NCBI GenBank assembly: GCA_001949185.1
Contig: BDGG01000003.1
Location: 2,235,663-2,299,662 of the forward strand
From: Ramazzottius varieornatus
Taxonomy: Eukaryota > Animalia > Tardigrada
Direction: 5' to 3'
DNA length: 64,000 bases
Positions 49,591-62,635 of this stretch are shown here, one piece after another (position 1 is the stretch's first letter; each line of letters begins with the position of its first letter). A program made the translations under genes and the position numbers. The notes below the pieces were generated by a model, which saw nothing but the letters and a program-made list of their open reading frames with translations, ran no database searches and had not been told where the DNA came from.

Positions 49591-50260
49591 GGTTGGCTCA
49601 AACGATGGAGAACGAGGAAAGTAAACAATTCCAGATACTATATCAAGTCCCGAATGCAGTCTATAAAAGCCAAAGCGTGGAATCTTCTAATCACATGCTT
49701 TGTTTCTAGCAGAGGCGGCAGGATTTTAAGAGAGCTACTCTGATGGATTCTATGGAGGCAGGTATAACAACCGGTTGTATAACTGATAGGGAAAAATCGA
49801 CAAACATGCTTACATGCACAGCCCGCGTGTTGTTGTGTACATCTGGAGACTGCGCAGCGTGCTCTTAGCCGGAAAGCCGGTGACAAACAATGCCAAACAT
49901 ATACAGTATACACTTAGAGTACTTCATTTGCGTAAAGCAACATTTCCGATCGTAAGATGCCGTACACTGCAAAAGAAAAATGGTCGGCTCAAGAGCACTG
50001 TATACGGTATCGTTGAACAGCATAAATGAAGTATACACGTAGAGCGATCGGATCCAAGGACACTGATCGACGGATCGCACGTCAGCGAACTGCAGTAAAA
50101 GTTAGCTCGCCAGGATCAAAGTTCAATTCCTACTCCAATTCTCTTCAAACACGCACCGACACCACACAGGATGATATAATTCGGTATTCGAATAAGCAGC
50201 AAATACTGTATCCAAAAATCCATCAGCATACGAGGACGAATCAACAAGAACCATTTAACG

Positions 50261-51040
50261 TCACAGTGAAGGTTTCTTCGGTACTGCTGTATGAAGACTC
50301 AGTCCATGCATGGCCTTAATTTCTTTCTGTAATACCTGAAACAAACGAACATTCGTATGAGTTCAAAAATACATGCGATAAATTAGGCCAAAAGAAGAGG
50401 GTACGATGCGTCAGAGAGTAGTCTCTGGGTGCGTTGAAGGAGGATTTGCCGTTTGCGTGGTACCTCATTGACCATCCTTTGCTGTTCAACTAGTTTCTTC
50501 CCACGAAACTCTTCCGCTTCGATGTAAATTTGGTACATCGAACCGCAACCACCTATTTGTAAATCAACAGATGTGTAGTTCTTGTAACAGTAACAACAAC
50601 CGCGTTCCCGCGTGATAACTATTTGAGGCGTTATTTAGCGCCCACCGGAAACGTCCTCCACTTCAATCTTGACCGCCTTAGGGAAGCTGCCTTGCAGAAC
50701 TCGTTTGATCTTCCGCTCACCCTCTGCTGGGTCCTCCATGGCCGTTGCGTAAGTTCTCCGTGAAGGTGCGAATGGCCTTAGACAGTCCACATCAGGTGTT
50801 GGATTGTGGAGTACCGTCGAGAAGCCCCGTTTTGGCCGTGAGGATATCTCTGTTCCCCCGAATGCATACTAATATTTGAGCGCCTACTACAAAGCTGTAC
50901 TGTCATATCGATAAGGATGCAGAAGATTGAATACCTCTGTTAACGCACAAAGGGATAAGACATCTGTGGAGGAGTTGTCCAGCTTGTCCTTGCACCGGAA
51001 GTCCATTTCCCCGTAAAAGGATCCCGATAACCGATTGCAT
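50261..51040 (-). CDS. BOLA3: BolA-like protein 3, mitochondrial (4 exons predicted)
   Basis: EGERKIKRVL...FPKA..IEVEDVS|GGCGSMYQIYIE..EFRGKKLVEQQRMVNE|VLQKEIKAMHGL.L.T; Arg-rich N-terminal leader. Confidence 0.88.
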
Positions 51041-51504
51041 TGCAAGGATGTGATGATAATCCGTATCGTTAGTCTTATCCAAACGCCCACGCGAACGACC
51101 CTGCTGCAAATCTAAATTCCCACCTTCGGAAATCGCGAAGAAAGAAACTGGAAAGTAGGAAGAAGTTTTCTCGTTCCCTGATTTTGTCAGCCATTATGTC
51201 AGCTGGTATGTCAGCTGTTGTCATTACGAACGCCAGGTCGCCAGGACCTAAAAAAGTGACATGACCCACCTTAACATATCCGTGACAACTTTCAGCTGGA
51301 GGCTGATCAGTGGAGCACTCACTTCGTACTATAGTACTGGACACACTCCGAACAGCGAAGCTTCGGCAGATACTACATTGTCATAAATTTCTACCGATGA
51401 GTTTAATCAAACGAATTATTCATTAGAAACTCGGTCACATATCAGTCCACGTCGCAACCATTATTCCAAATTACGGCCTTACATAGGTCACAGGCTAAGC
51501 AAAA

Positions 51505-52997
51505 TCAAGACTCGGCACGTAGTGTCTTAGCTTGCAAACGTTTCTTTTTCGACTTCATAGATAGCGAGGATTCCCACCGCTTCTTATACATAGTATATAG
51601 CCGCATGGCTGCCTGAGCATCTTGAATGGAGTCGTGCTCACCAGTCTGCACTGTGAAACCCAGAATCTTGGCTGTCAACTTCTTCAAGGACGGCGCACCT
51701 CCCTTGTTGATCACTCGGAATGGCTTGAACTTTGAGGTATCTCTAATATCGTGCTTTGGGTGGCTCAGCAGAAGCACTTCAAGGTCGTTGTGCACAGCAT
51801 GACCGACCAACTTCCGGCCTTTCAGGATATCGGCAATTTCTTGCTGGACCACCTTGAAGTCCTCACCTGGAAGAACGGTATTTACACACCACAGCTCAAG
51901 ACACTTTTTACTGTCTACAGAGCCTATTCTCAGGACGAGGATCAACCATATCGACCGACAAATTTTCACTTAAAGCCACTGGATAAGGTTAAGCATTACT
52001 TACTGTACCTTTTTTCAAGTCTTTCGGATGAATTCCGCTAACGTGCGTCCTGTAATCTTTCACAAGTTCAGTGGGCTTGACGAACTTGTCATACACACAA
52101 TGCCCGAACTGATTCACCACTGACACCCTTGCCAGCATGTTCTCTTGTCCACCGGGTCCCACTCCAACGAACTCACAGTCCATAGCGACAGTCTTCGTAA
52201 GCCTGTAAGATAAAAATAGCTATAACAAAATTGATAAGAGCACTACTAATACTTATTCTTCTATCGTACCCAGAAAAGGATTTTGTTTTCACGAAAGTGT
52301 CGGCTGTCGCATTCGGCATCTCTTCAGAAGCAGGCTCCGCTTGCGCTGTAGGCACAACCGAGGCGGAAGTGGCTGGTGGTGCAGGTGGTTTCTTCCAAGC
52401 CGGTCTGGGCATCTTTGTCGCGTCGATGAATACCTTCATCGTTTCCCAGTTGCTGGAGACGTCCTTGGCGGAGCTTGGTACGCTAAGAGTCAGTTTCGAC
52501 TTCTTCTTCGACGGCTGAGAAGCATCCTTGACCTCGCTGTTCTTTATATAAGACGGTTTTAGCATCGACACTTCCGGTTGAGGCTCCTTTCTGTGTGCTG
52601 ACGATGTTGCTGTGTTCCCGTATCGAGCGTCAAATCGTTCCTGGGGATCTCTGAAGAACTTTCGTACTTCCTGGTCTCGACGAGGACGTAACGGATAATC
52701 TGCCGAGTACGTTAGATCTGACCGAGACTATAACATAATTGCGGTGACTACAACTAGATATACAGAACAGCGGGGAAAAACGAGAACTACCTTTATAGGA
52801 GGCCGGTTGAAACTTCTCGCATCTTGTCCATGCTGATCTCTTCCAAAGCTTCCACCACCACTTGGGAAACGCGGTGGATCAGCTGGCCGACGTAACACCG
52901 GACGACTGCGATCTGGTAGTTGCTGCTTGCTCTTCTGATAGCTAGGATCAAATGGCCGTGACACCGAAATGTTGATGACTGGGACATCGGTATCCAT
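51505..52997 (-). CDS. REXO4: RNA exonuclease 4 (DEDDh), multi-exon
   Basis: [36 protein letters not shown]...[45 protein letters not shown]. Confidence 0.92.
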
Positions 52998-53648
52998 CAG
53001 TGCTCCACAACCTTCCAACGGTTCCCCCTTCGATCTCCTAAAAGAAGTAAAGACGGAAGGATAATCTCTGGACAAGAGGATGAAGTCATGAAGAGATCAA
53101 TCTTGGATATAAGAATGAACATCTGTCACAGTGTCAGACTGTCCCACCGGTAATGACGCAATCGAGTCTCCGCCTTCCGACCAATCAGATACCAACGAAA
53201 TCGACAGCCCGGCGAGTGTTTATGGCAAACTCGCTAATTAGCTACATCTCTATAGCGCTTTTTATTAAACTTTGTCAAGTCTCAAGATTCCGAACTTGAA
53301 AGTCGAAACTAGAACCGCTGTTCGGCATTATACACGTGAACGAACCTCTGGATATGAAAAGTTTTTTTTTCATATCCTTGATTCAAGACCAAGGAGGACC
53401 CAGTTCGCGATCGATATCAGCGTTGGACTGGAAGTCCAGCCCATCAGGCTTCACGGACCTTCCTTCTAACAGCCACAGGTCAACAGCCACAGGTAACTTG
53501 GTTGAGCGCTCCACAGCTTCCGGCTAGATTTTTCTAGGACCATGGTTCCCCATGTGTTGAATGCGACAAATCATCTGAAGGTTGTTCTATTGCAGATCNN
53601 NNNNNNNNNNNNNNNNNNNNNNNNNNNNNNNNNNNNNNNNNNNNNNNN

Positions 53649-54851
53649 TCCAGGGGAGCGCGGCACAGCAGGTCCATGGCGGCGGGGTCTTGTGCTTCAA
53701 GGACTTCCGCACAGTGCTGACCGTCGACGAGGATGGTATCGCCACCGGTACAACCTTCGCGATCGAGACAGTGAAAAACCTAATGTAAATTATTATCAGC
53801 GGGTTTTTCCTGTTGTGTTATGGAATTCTGTTTGTACCTGAATGCGACAGGGGTTGCTGAAGTAGGTCGAATCGGTGTGCGGTGCGAGGTAGCAGTTGGA
53901 GTAGGCCGTGTCGCCACGCGCCATGTTGGAAGTGAAAGTCCACATGCCGGGGCTGAAGGTTGTCGGCATCGGAGCGGCAATCCGACGGACTATGGCTTCC
54001 GTGTCTGTCTCGGTCGGTTCACACCCACTGACCAGTCCATATCCGTGGAGGTGAATGTTGAGAAGGAGCTGCTTCAGACCGCCTTCGGTGAGGACCTCGG
54101 CCTTCGTGACTGCGGGAAGCGACAAGCTGCTCCACGAACTGGCATCCCAGGCGATCCGCTTTTGTATAACCGATTCCTGCGGAAAGACCCCAGTACTTCG
54201 CTATTTCAGATAGAAGATCAGATACAAGTAAACGCGGACTTATGTTCGAACCGAGAGACATTTTCAGAAAATAAAACTTCTTGAAACAACTTCTTTGCGT
54301 ACTTTTGCTGGAGTTCTGAAAATCTCCGTCTGATCGAATATTTCCTGAATCGCTCTCAGTGACTGTTTTGTTATGTGACCATCTGTCCAGGTAGCGACCA
54401 GGTTTCCATCGGTGAATTGTGCCTCTTTGAGCTTCGATTTATCCTGAATAGTCCAGCTGTTTCGTTGGAAGGAACTTTGATTCACACACTTGTCACAAGT
54501 GCAACTGTCGCGAAGCCATAAGAATGGGACCTCAAAAGCTAAGTTCCCTTGTTGGATTGTCAAGGTGTCCCCAACCGTTGAAAATGCACAAGAAGCTCCC
54601 TGGTGCTGGACTTCCGGTTGATGCAAAGTAAGCTCCGACAAGATGGGCTTCCATGTTTCATGGCGCGAGACAGGCTGGGTAGACTGCTGACGATGTGGAG
54701 CTCGAAGAAGGGACGCACCGGACGCCGTTCGGGATAAACACAGGTGGGAAGAACAGGAAATTGGTTCTCTCGATCCACAGACAAGAGCATTCCTGATAGC
54801 CTTCGAAATAACTCTGATAGAGAGACTCGTCTTCATGGTAGCGAAAGTCAT
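53649..54851 (-). CDS. TMLHE: Trimethyllysine dioxygenase, copy 1 (3' end lost in gap)
   Basis: Mitochondrial-type leader, WLRDSCTC..C, DTAYSN..L.PHTDSTYF..P..IQVFHCL...GG.T.LVDG. Confidence 0.85.
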
Positions 54852-55704
54852 CCGTCCGCTCGTGGCAAAACTGTGCTCAAGTTGAAATGCCGAGCGTTTG
54901 AGCCTGATTGACACAAAAGACGCCGCTTGAAAACGACGGTCTGTCATCAGTTGCAAGGTCCGTTACTGACCACACGAATGAACCTGGACTTTGATACGAA
55001 AATAGACAGGAAACTCGAGGTGGCTCACAGTCCGTACTACGAAGTCCGAGGAGAACTGATGATGAAATACCGTTCGGCTCCAAAGTGCGTTCAGCGCTCC
55101 TTCGAATTTGCCCAATCGGAACAAGAGATTTTATCGTGATATCCACCACTTTCCCGCAGAACTAAAAGCGAAGGTGGGAGAGCCAATCAGCCAAAAGTGG
55201 TTACGTGTGATGAAAGAGGAGACGTCTCACTAATACTTGCTAGAACTTCACAATTTCACAGCACAGGGACATTAGGGGAGGCCAGACACAACGCACTGGG
55301 AAAAATCCGCGATGAAAAAGGACAGGTGAGATCCGGAGTAAGAGAACAGCACAGAGGCAGCTCCCGCTGTTGTACTACTGACAAATGCAGAGTGCCGTGT
55401 GCTAAAGACGAAACAATGTAAGGCATCTTTTGTCGACTGCTGCAGTAAAGATTGAAGTGCGTCTGTGTGGCAATAGGACAAGTAGTTTGGTCCACATCGA
55501 TATTCACGACTGCTGGTGGATGCGCACTAGAGAGTGTGTAGCGTGTCCAGGTCAAGGTCAACATGTCCAACTGGAAGACTGAGAACGTTAGGAATACAGC
55601 GCGCAACACGAAGATGAGCTGATGGCACATCGCGAGAAACAAGAGCGAACAGCAATAGGCCAGGAAACAATAGCGCATAGTCGAGCAGCTCGAGACACAT
55701 CGGT

Positions 55705-56126
55705 CTATTTCCTTTTCTTGTCCTGCTTGATCCTTCGACGTGTCTGAGAAGATCCCCCAGTATTTGCGTTGTCCACGGAAGAAGTCGAACCTTCTCGTAG
55801 CGGAGAACCCTGCAACTGCAACATACCATTAAAAGCAAAGCTTATTACAGATTCTCCAAAGTCACGGACCTGACTGGACGATTATTTTGCACATGCAAAA
55901 GCCAAAGCTCCTCTCTTGATGGTTTTATTACCTTTGACAATGGGCCTTGTCCCTCCTTCGCAGACCTGGACGAGGAGCTAGGTCCAAAGATGGCGAAGAA
56001 GAGACAGAGTACCTGAGCGATGGCTGCTATCACCATCCCTGCTTGCAAGGCATAATCCCACCATGTGGCATCAGTAGTAATCCCCAGCTCCTTCAGGTCA
56101 ATCGGATCCGATCCTTGGTTCGCCAT
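55705..56126 (-). CDS. MANBAL: UPF0239/MANBAL-like small membrane protein, copy 1 (2 coding exons)
   Basis: TWWDYALQAGMVIAAIAQVLCLFFAIF hydrophobic segment with conserved G..Q..C pattern; basic tail KQDKKRK*. Confidence 0.7.
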
Positions 56127-57112
56127 ACCGACGAAATAATCCCAGTAGCTCGTTCCAGCAAGGCAGAAACCAACGAGATTCAAGAAGGATCTTCCTCATC
56201 GATCGCGGGCTGATTTACAAAAGTACAAGGTCAGAGACTCACAGTCGCATTGATTGATTGATTTAGTGGAAAGCCATTTCCGTCTGTCTGATTTACTGAA
56301 CGGTTTATCGCAATTTCTCGATTTTGATTCCTTGAATACTGTATTCGGAACGACTTCCGGCTGCAGCTGCAGTGTTCCTTCGCGGATAATCAATTTCCTC
56401 ATTTCTGTGGTAGTTCTGTCATCCGGTCGCTGCTTGCTCTTCTGATAGCTAGGATCAAATGGCCGTGACACCGAAATGTTGATGACTGGGACATCGGTAT
56501 CCATCAGTGCTCCACAACCTTCCAACGGTTCCCCCTTCGATCTCCTAAAAGAAGTAAAGACGGAAGGATAATCTCTGGACAAGAGGATGAAGTCATGAAG
56601 AGATCAATCTTGGATATAAGAATGAACATCTGTCACAGTGTCAGACTGTCCCACCGGTAATGACGCAATCGAGTCTCCGCCTTCCGACCAATCAGATACC
56701 AACGAAATCGACAGCCCGGCGAGTGTTTATGGCAAACTCGCTAATTAGCTACATCTCTATAGCGCTTTTTATTAAACTTTGTCAAGTCTCAAGATTCCGA
56801 ACTTGAAAGTCGAAACTAGAACCGCTGTTCGGCATTATACACGTGAACGAACCTCTGGATATGAAAAGTTTTTTTTTCATATCCTTGATTCAAGACCAAG
56901 GAGGACCCAGTTCGCGATCGATATCAGCGTTGGACTGGAAGTCCAGCCCATCAGGCTTCACGGACCTTCCTTCTAACAGCCACAGGTCAACAGCCACAGG
57001 TAACTTGGTTGAGCGCTCCACAGCTTCCGGCTAGATTTTTCTAGGACCATGGTTCCCCATGTGTTTGAATGCGACAAATCATCTGAAGGTTGTTCTATTT
57101 GCAGATCCCCGA

Positions 57113-57957
57113 ATGAATCCTGTCGTATATTTGACTCGAGTGGAAAGCTTCAGTGCTTCTCACAGATTGCACAGGTATGCATGGCTGAACTGATGGTTCG
57201 CAGATTTTCGTTACATGTTTTCAGTACGTAGAACATTTGCAACGGTTGTTTTGATCTATAGTCTTCATCTATCGGACAAAGAAAACAAGGATATATTCGG
57301 CAAATGCAACAACCCGAATGGCCATGGCCACAACTATAAAGGTACTGTGAGTACTCTCATTACAGCTGGTGCATGTGGCTGCTGTCGCTATTGTAGATTC
57401 CACGATCGATAAAGACCCGAAAGTCATGTCTGAGGCAGTGTTTTTCTGCAGTTGAAGTCACGGTTCAAGGTAGCATCGATCCGCGGACCGGCATGGCCAT
57501 CAACATAACGGACCTGAAGCGCGTCATGCAGGTGGGTCCCCAATTATCCCGACCTCACGTCCGAGCTTCATTTCAATACAAAGGCAGCGAATTTCTATTC
57601 AGGTCGCGATCATGGATTGTCTGGACCACAAAAACCTGGACCAGGATGTGCCATACTTCGGAACAGCAGTGAGGTGTGTACTGCGTTTGCCTGATGCGTG
57701 TAGTATTAGATACTTGAGGAACCCAACGAGGTCTCCAGAATCCATGCGTGGTTATTAGAGCGTCCATGCGAAATCTTCCGCTCTTTATGGTACTCGTATT
57801 GCCAAACTGCGTTTTTGTCTTCAGCACGGCAGAGAATATCTGTGTATTCATCTGGAGCCAAATCTTGCCACAACTTCCGGAGACTGTGAGGCTTCACGAA
57901 GTACGTCTGCATGAAACGGACAAAAATATCGCATTCTACCGGGGTGAAGTTGGCTAA
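57113..57957 (+). CDS. PTS: 6-pyruvoyl-tetrahydropterin synthase, 5 coding exons
   Basis: SFSASHRLHS, FGKCNNPNGHGHNYK, GSIDP.TGM.INITDLK, LDHKNLD.DVPYF, STAENI, HETDKN..FYRGE. Confidence 0.93.
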
Positions 57958-58460
57958 GGGCAAAGTCACGCTTCTGACCTTCAAACCTCGACAGGATGGC
58001 TTTCTCGAATTCTTCGAACTCTGTGGTCAGCGGTATCGATGTGAGCGTGTGGTCACGGTAAAACCGAATACTGTCAACTTTGGTATGAGACATCCTCGCT
58101 TTTCAGAATACTCTATGAACTGCGATACAGATCTGGAGACGGACTTTCTGCCCAGTCTTCCAGTTATTTCTTGCACTATTCCACACCTTCCGCACTTTAC
58201 CCCTTCGACTCAACTTCGTACGTTCGTGCTGTGCATATTTTTTACGGTGAAGCGTTGCAATGCACTTGAACCGTTTGTACGACGGACTCTCGACCTCTTC
58301 GCCACAGTATGTATAAATACATGCTTGAGCAAAACAAAGCTGCGACCTTGCACTTGGCGCGGGCCTTAAATTGAAACGCAGTTTGTACAACGTTGAAGAG
58401 CTAAAAAATGTAAACAAGGAAGGATGACCAGTGAACAACCATTCGAAGTTCACGAAGCCA

Positions 58461-59734
58461 TTATTCTATGACATCATGCTTTCGAGATGCGTGGTTGTAC
58501 TCGTCATTGTCCAAATAGCATCCGTTGACCACGCGTTTCCCGATGAACTCTGTCCGACCGTGAAGAACCCTCCAGTTGTCGATGAAGATCACGGTACCCG
58601 GCGTCAGCTGCATCAGCAGCTGGTTGGCCGGCGACAGCGTCAAGTCCGCGTACTTCTTCAGAGCCCGATAGAAGCTGTTCATTTCTTCCAGCGAACAGAA
58701 TGGCGGTCTGGGAGACCGATCATACATATTGAACCTGACTCGCTGAAGACTTCCGTCGATAGGAGACTTCTTGAAGACGGTATCCACCCACTTGTAGCAC
58801 ACACCAGGCTCCGTGTAGACATATTCCAGGGGAGCGCGGCACAGCAGGTCCATGGCGGCGGGGTCTTGTGCTTCAAGGACTTCCGCACAGTGCTGACCGT
58901 CGACGAGGATGGTATCGCCACCGGTACAACCTTCGCGATCGAGACAGTGAAAAACCTAATGTAAATTATTATCAGCGGGTTTTTCCTGTTGTGTTATGGA
59001 ATTCTGTTTGTACCTGAATGCGACAGGGGTTGCTGAAGTAGGTCGAATCGGTGTGCGGTGCGAGGTAGCAGTTGGAGTAGGCCGTGTCGCCACGCGCCAT
59101 GTTGGAAGTGAAAGTCCACATGCCGGGGCTGAAGGTTGTCGGCATCGGAGCGGCAATCCGACGGACTATGGCTTCCGTGTCTGTCTCGGTCGGTTCACAC
59201 CCACTGACCAGTCCATATCCGTGGAGGTGAATGTTGAGAAGGAGCTGCTTCAGACCGCCTTCGGTGAGGACCTCGGCCTTCGTGACTGCGGGAAGCGACA
59301 AGCTGCTCCACGAACTGGCATCCCAGGCGATCCGCTTTTGTATAACCGATTCCTGCGGAAAGACCCCAGTACTTCGCTATTTCAGATAGAAGATCAGATA
59401 CAAGTAAACGCGGACTTATGTTCGAACCGAGAGACATTTTCAGAAAATAAAACTTCTTGAAACAACTTCTTTGCGTACTTTTGCTGGAGTTCTGAAAATC
59501 TCCGTCTGATCGAATATTTCCTGAATCGCTCTCAGTGACTGTTTTGTTATGTGACCATCTGTCCAGGTAGCGACCAGGTTTCCATCGGTGAATTGTGCCT
59601 CTTTGAGCTTCGATTTATCCTGAATAGTCCAGCTGTTTCGTTGGAAAGGAACTTTGATTCACACACTTGTCACAAGTTGCACTGTCGCGAAGCCATAAGA
59701 ATGGGACCTCAAAAGCTAAGTTCCCTTGTTGGAT
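58461..59734 (-). CDS. TMLHE: Trimethyllysine dioxygenase, copy 2 (5' end lost in gap)
   Basis: Near-identical to copy 1 plus C-terminus VRFNMYDR...LTPGTVIFIDNWRVLHGRTEF.GKR...GCYL. Confidence 0.87.
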
Positions 59735-59775
59735 NNNNNNNTAGCGCATAGTCGAGCAGCTCGAGACACATCGGT

Positions 59776-60197
59776 CTATTTCCTTTTCTTGTCCTGCTTG
59801 ATCCTTCGACGTGTCTGAGAAGATCCCCCAGTATTTGCGTTGTCCACGGAAGAAGTCGAACCTTCTCGTAGCGGAGAACCCTGCAACTGCAACATACCAT
59901 TAAAAGCAAAGCTTATTACAGATTCTCCAAAGTCACGGACCTGACTGGACGATTATTTTGCACATGCAAAAGCCAAAGCTCCTCTCTTGATGGTTTTATT
60001 ACCTTTGACAATGGGCCTTGTCCCTCCTTCGCAGACCTGGACGAGGAGCTAGGTCCAAAGATGGCGAAGAAGAGACAGAGTACCTGAGCGATGGCTGCTA
60101 TCACCATCCCTGCTTGCAAGGCATAATCCCACCATGTGGCATCAGTAGTAATCCCCAGCTCCTTCAGGTCAATCGGATCCGATCCTTGGTTCGCCAT
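59776..60197 (-). CDS. MANBAL: UPF0239/MANBAL-like protein, copy 2 (native upstream context)
   Basis: Identical coding sequence to copy 1. Confidence 0.7.
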
Positions 60198-60684
60198 ACC
60201 GACGAAATAATCCCAGTAGCTCGTTCCAGCAAGGCAGAAACCAACGAGATTCAAGAAGGATCTTCCTCATCGATCGCGGGCTGATTTACAAAAGTACAAG
60301 GTCAGAGACTCACAGTCGCATTGATTGATTGATTTAGTGGAAAGCCATTTCCGTCTGTCTGATTTACTGAACGGTTTATCGCAATTTCTCGATTTTGATT
60401 CCTTGAATACTGTATTCGGAACGACTTCCGGCTGCAGCTGCAGTGTTCCTTCGCGGATAATCAATTTCCTCATTTCTGTGGTAGTTCTGTCATCCGGTCG
60501 TCTTCTCAACTTGGCGCTATTTACGGGCCGTGTTCCGGGCCGTTTTGCTCATCTTTGTCGTAGCGCACCAACATCTATCGTCATTCACCAGCAGGGGCTG
60601 TTGCGGCTTGCATGCTGGTAGTCGACAGTTCTAGTTTACTAGAAGATCCTTCTGACTCGTTACCGATCCCTCGGTCGTCCAAAC

Positions 60685-61923
60685 ATGGTGGTAAGTGCAA
60701 ATTGTCAGCATCTGTTTTTATATCTATCTGAAGTCCTTTAGCGCAGCACCGTGTTGCCGCGATAATTATGGGTGCTACTGTATTCTCTCCGGTAACCTCC
60801 GTACCTCACTCGAATGGTTTCTACAAACGATGTAACAGTGAGATTGCGGTGTACGCCACAGCGGCAAAACCGTGTCGTCCTCACACTCAATCAAGCATAA
60901 GCAATCAATCGTAAGTGTGATTTGCATTGTGCTGTTTGTTGCATTCTTTCTAGCAAAACTTTTTTGTTCAGGTCACACTTTGATCTTCTAACCTGCTTGT
61001 GCGATTACTGTCAAAAATGAGTAGATTGAGGAACCGAACTTAAAAACCTCGCTTCGGGAGAGTAAATCAGCTGTTCACAATTATTCGTCAGAATGACCTA
61101 GCGAGGTTACGTAAATGAAAAGCTGACAGCTTGCTTCGGAAACTCCCTAACATAAATATCGGTTGTGACGCACGGAGATTACCGGAGAGAATACAGTACC
61201 GTGCTAAAGCATTCCCGTATTTCGCCATGTCGCACGCTTCCTCTGTTTGACCAGTGCTCTTTTCTTCCAGCCAGAACCGCGGAAACAAGCGGCAAAGGGT
61301 CAGAAGCAGATCCTCAAAGAAAATCAAGAGACTGTTGTGTTTTACACCTGCGTTGCTGCCGTCGCGTCGGTACGTCAGGCATTCTTATACTAGCTTCGTG
61401 GATTCTCACCATTCCATATTCCATTCCATATTTTGATCAGAATGATGGTGTTGTGTGGTCTTTTAGGGCATCTATCTGGCAACGACATGGCTCATGTTCT
61501 GGAAAGAGTTCTCGTTCAAATATCAGGTAGGAGCACCAGCACCTAGAACTTTCTCACCGATAACGTCCACTCACCGTGGTGTAGCTGCATTTCTCGTTTT
61601 ACAGATGCTCTTTGGCCTAACGAGTGTGATCTACCTTTCTGCGCTCGCGCTGATGAAAAGATTTTCGAGAGCGCGCTTTGCTTCGGATGGAGGTGTTGTG
61701 GATGCCGGTGTGGATCTCAATATGCCCAACGGGATGGCAGAGTGAGTCTAACTGTCTAACCAAAACGATTTCGTGCTTTCACGTGGAACTTCCGGCGGAT
61801 CCTGTTAAACGATCCTTTGCCAACGCATTGTTTTTTAGGCATTTGAAGGACGTTATTTTATTAGTCGCCATGGTCCAGGGAGCCGCGCTACTATGGAACT
61901 ACTTTTGGTTTCTCCTGCTATTG
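60685..61923 (+). CDS. TMEM208: TMEM208/SND2 homologue; last expected coding exon not found in window
   Basis: 6-nt first coding exon ATGGTG|gtaagt, then KGQKQILKENQET..FY, DGGVVDAGVDLNM..GMAE|HLKDVILL...VQ....WNYFWFLLLL|gt. Confidence 0.85.
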
Positions 61924-62635
61924 GTGAGTGGAATGAGCGAGTAAAATCTATGATGGGAAGCAGGAAGTGAACTTAGTAGACGTTGGAATATGCAAAGATT
62001 CGACGAGGTCTTCGATGAGCGTTGTCAGAAACAGTCTTGTGCGCGTCTCGAACCTGATCACTGGAATATATGCTTTCGAACAAAGTTTACTGACCGGAAC
62101 TGGAGAAAAAAGAGTCTAGGTCTTCGACAGGGTGCGCCGTGCCGGTACGGTTTGTGCGTGGAAGAGCGGAAACACTGCCGTCCGGCCTTTTATTTCGAAG
62201 CGTTATCCGACTGATTTATTGTTTTTATGAATAGAACAGAGAATCGTGTTCGTGAAGGGCTTTTACCATCGTATGTTCTTGTTCTGGCAGTTATGGGTTC
62301 TTCGTGTGGGAAAGGGGAGTTGGATGGCTCGTTGTTGAATGTTGACCATATCGGTCCACAGTTTGAATACACAGTACGAGTAGTACTTGCCGTGTCACAC
62401 AATCAACCTTTTCTCAATCAACTCATAGCAGTGAGGCGTCGCTCACGTAATCGCAATCTCATCGTTGTGGAACGTCGAGTTGGAATTTTCGGTTCTTCGG
62501 TTCTTCGTTGTTACAACTTCTTACGTAATCCCAGCCTCTTCTCCTGGTCGATCCACGTGAGGTTGTTGATCGAAGTGGTGTCTGGCTGATTCTGCGATCG
62601 TGTAATTCTTGGCCTGCCTGTGTGACGGAACTATC

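Larger units (their letters stand above)
52922..60500. repeat. Near-identical tandem segmental duplication (unit ~5.2 kb, each copy interrupted by an N-gap), junction at 56429
   Basis: 52922-53598 matches 56429-57107; 53649-54555 matches 58825-59734; ~55671-56429 matches ~59742-60500. Confidence 0.88.

Noticed and set aside
53540-59741. Small indel differences between duplicate copies next to the N-gaps (apparent frameshifts in TMLHE copy 2 and upstream of PTS copy 1)
   Set aside because: Clustered at contig ends in short homopolymers; most likely sequencing error rather than pseudogenisation.
60380-60500. Faint similarity of the MANBAL-like upstream region to the REXO4 N-terminus (QPEV, E.RK)
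   Set aside because: Only a few residues match; cannot support an older duplication without alignment statistics.
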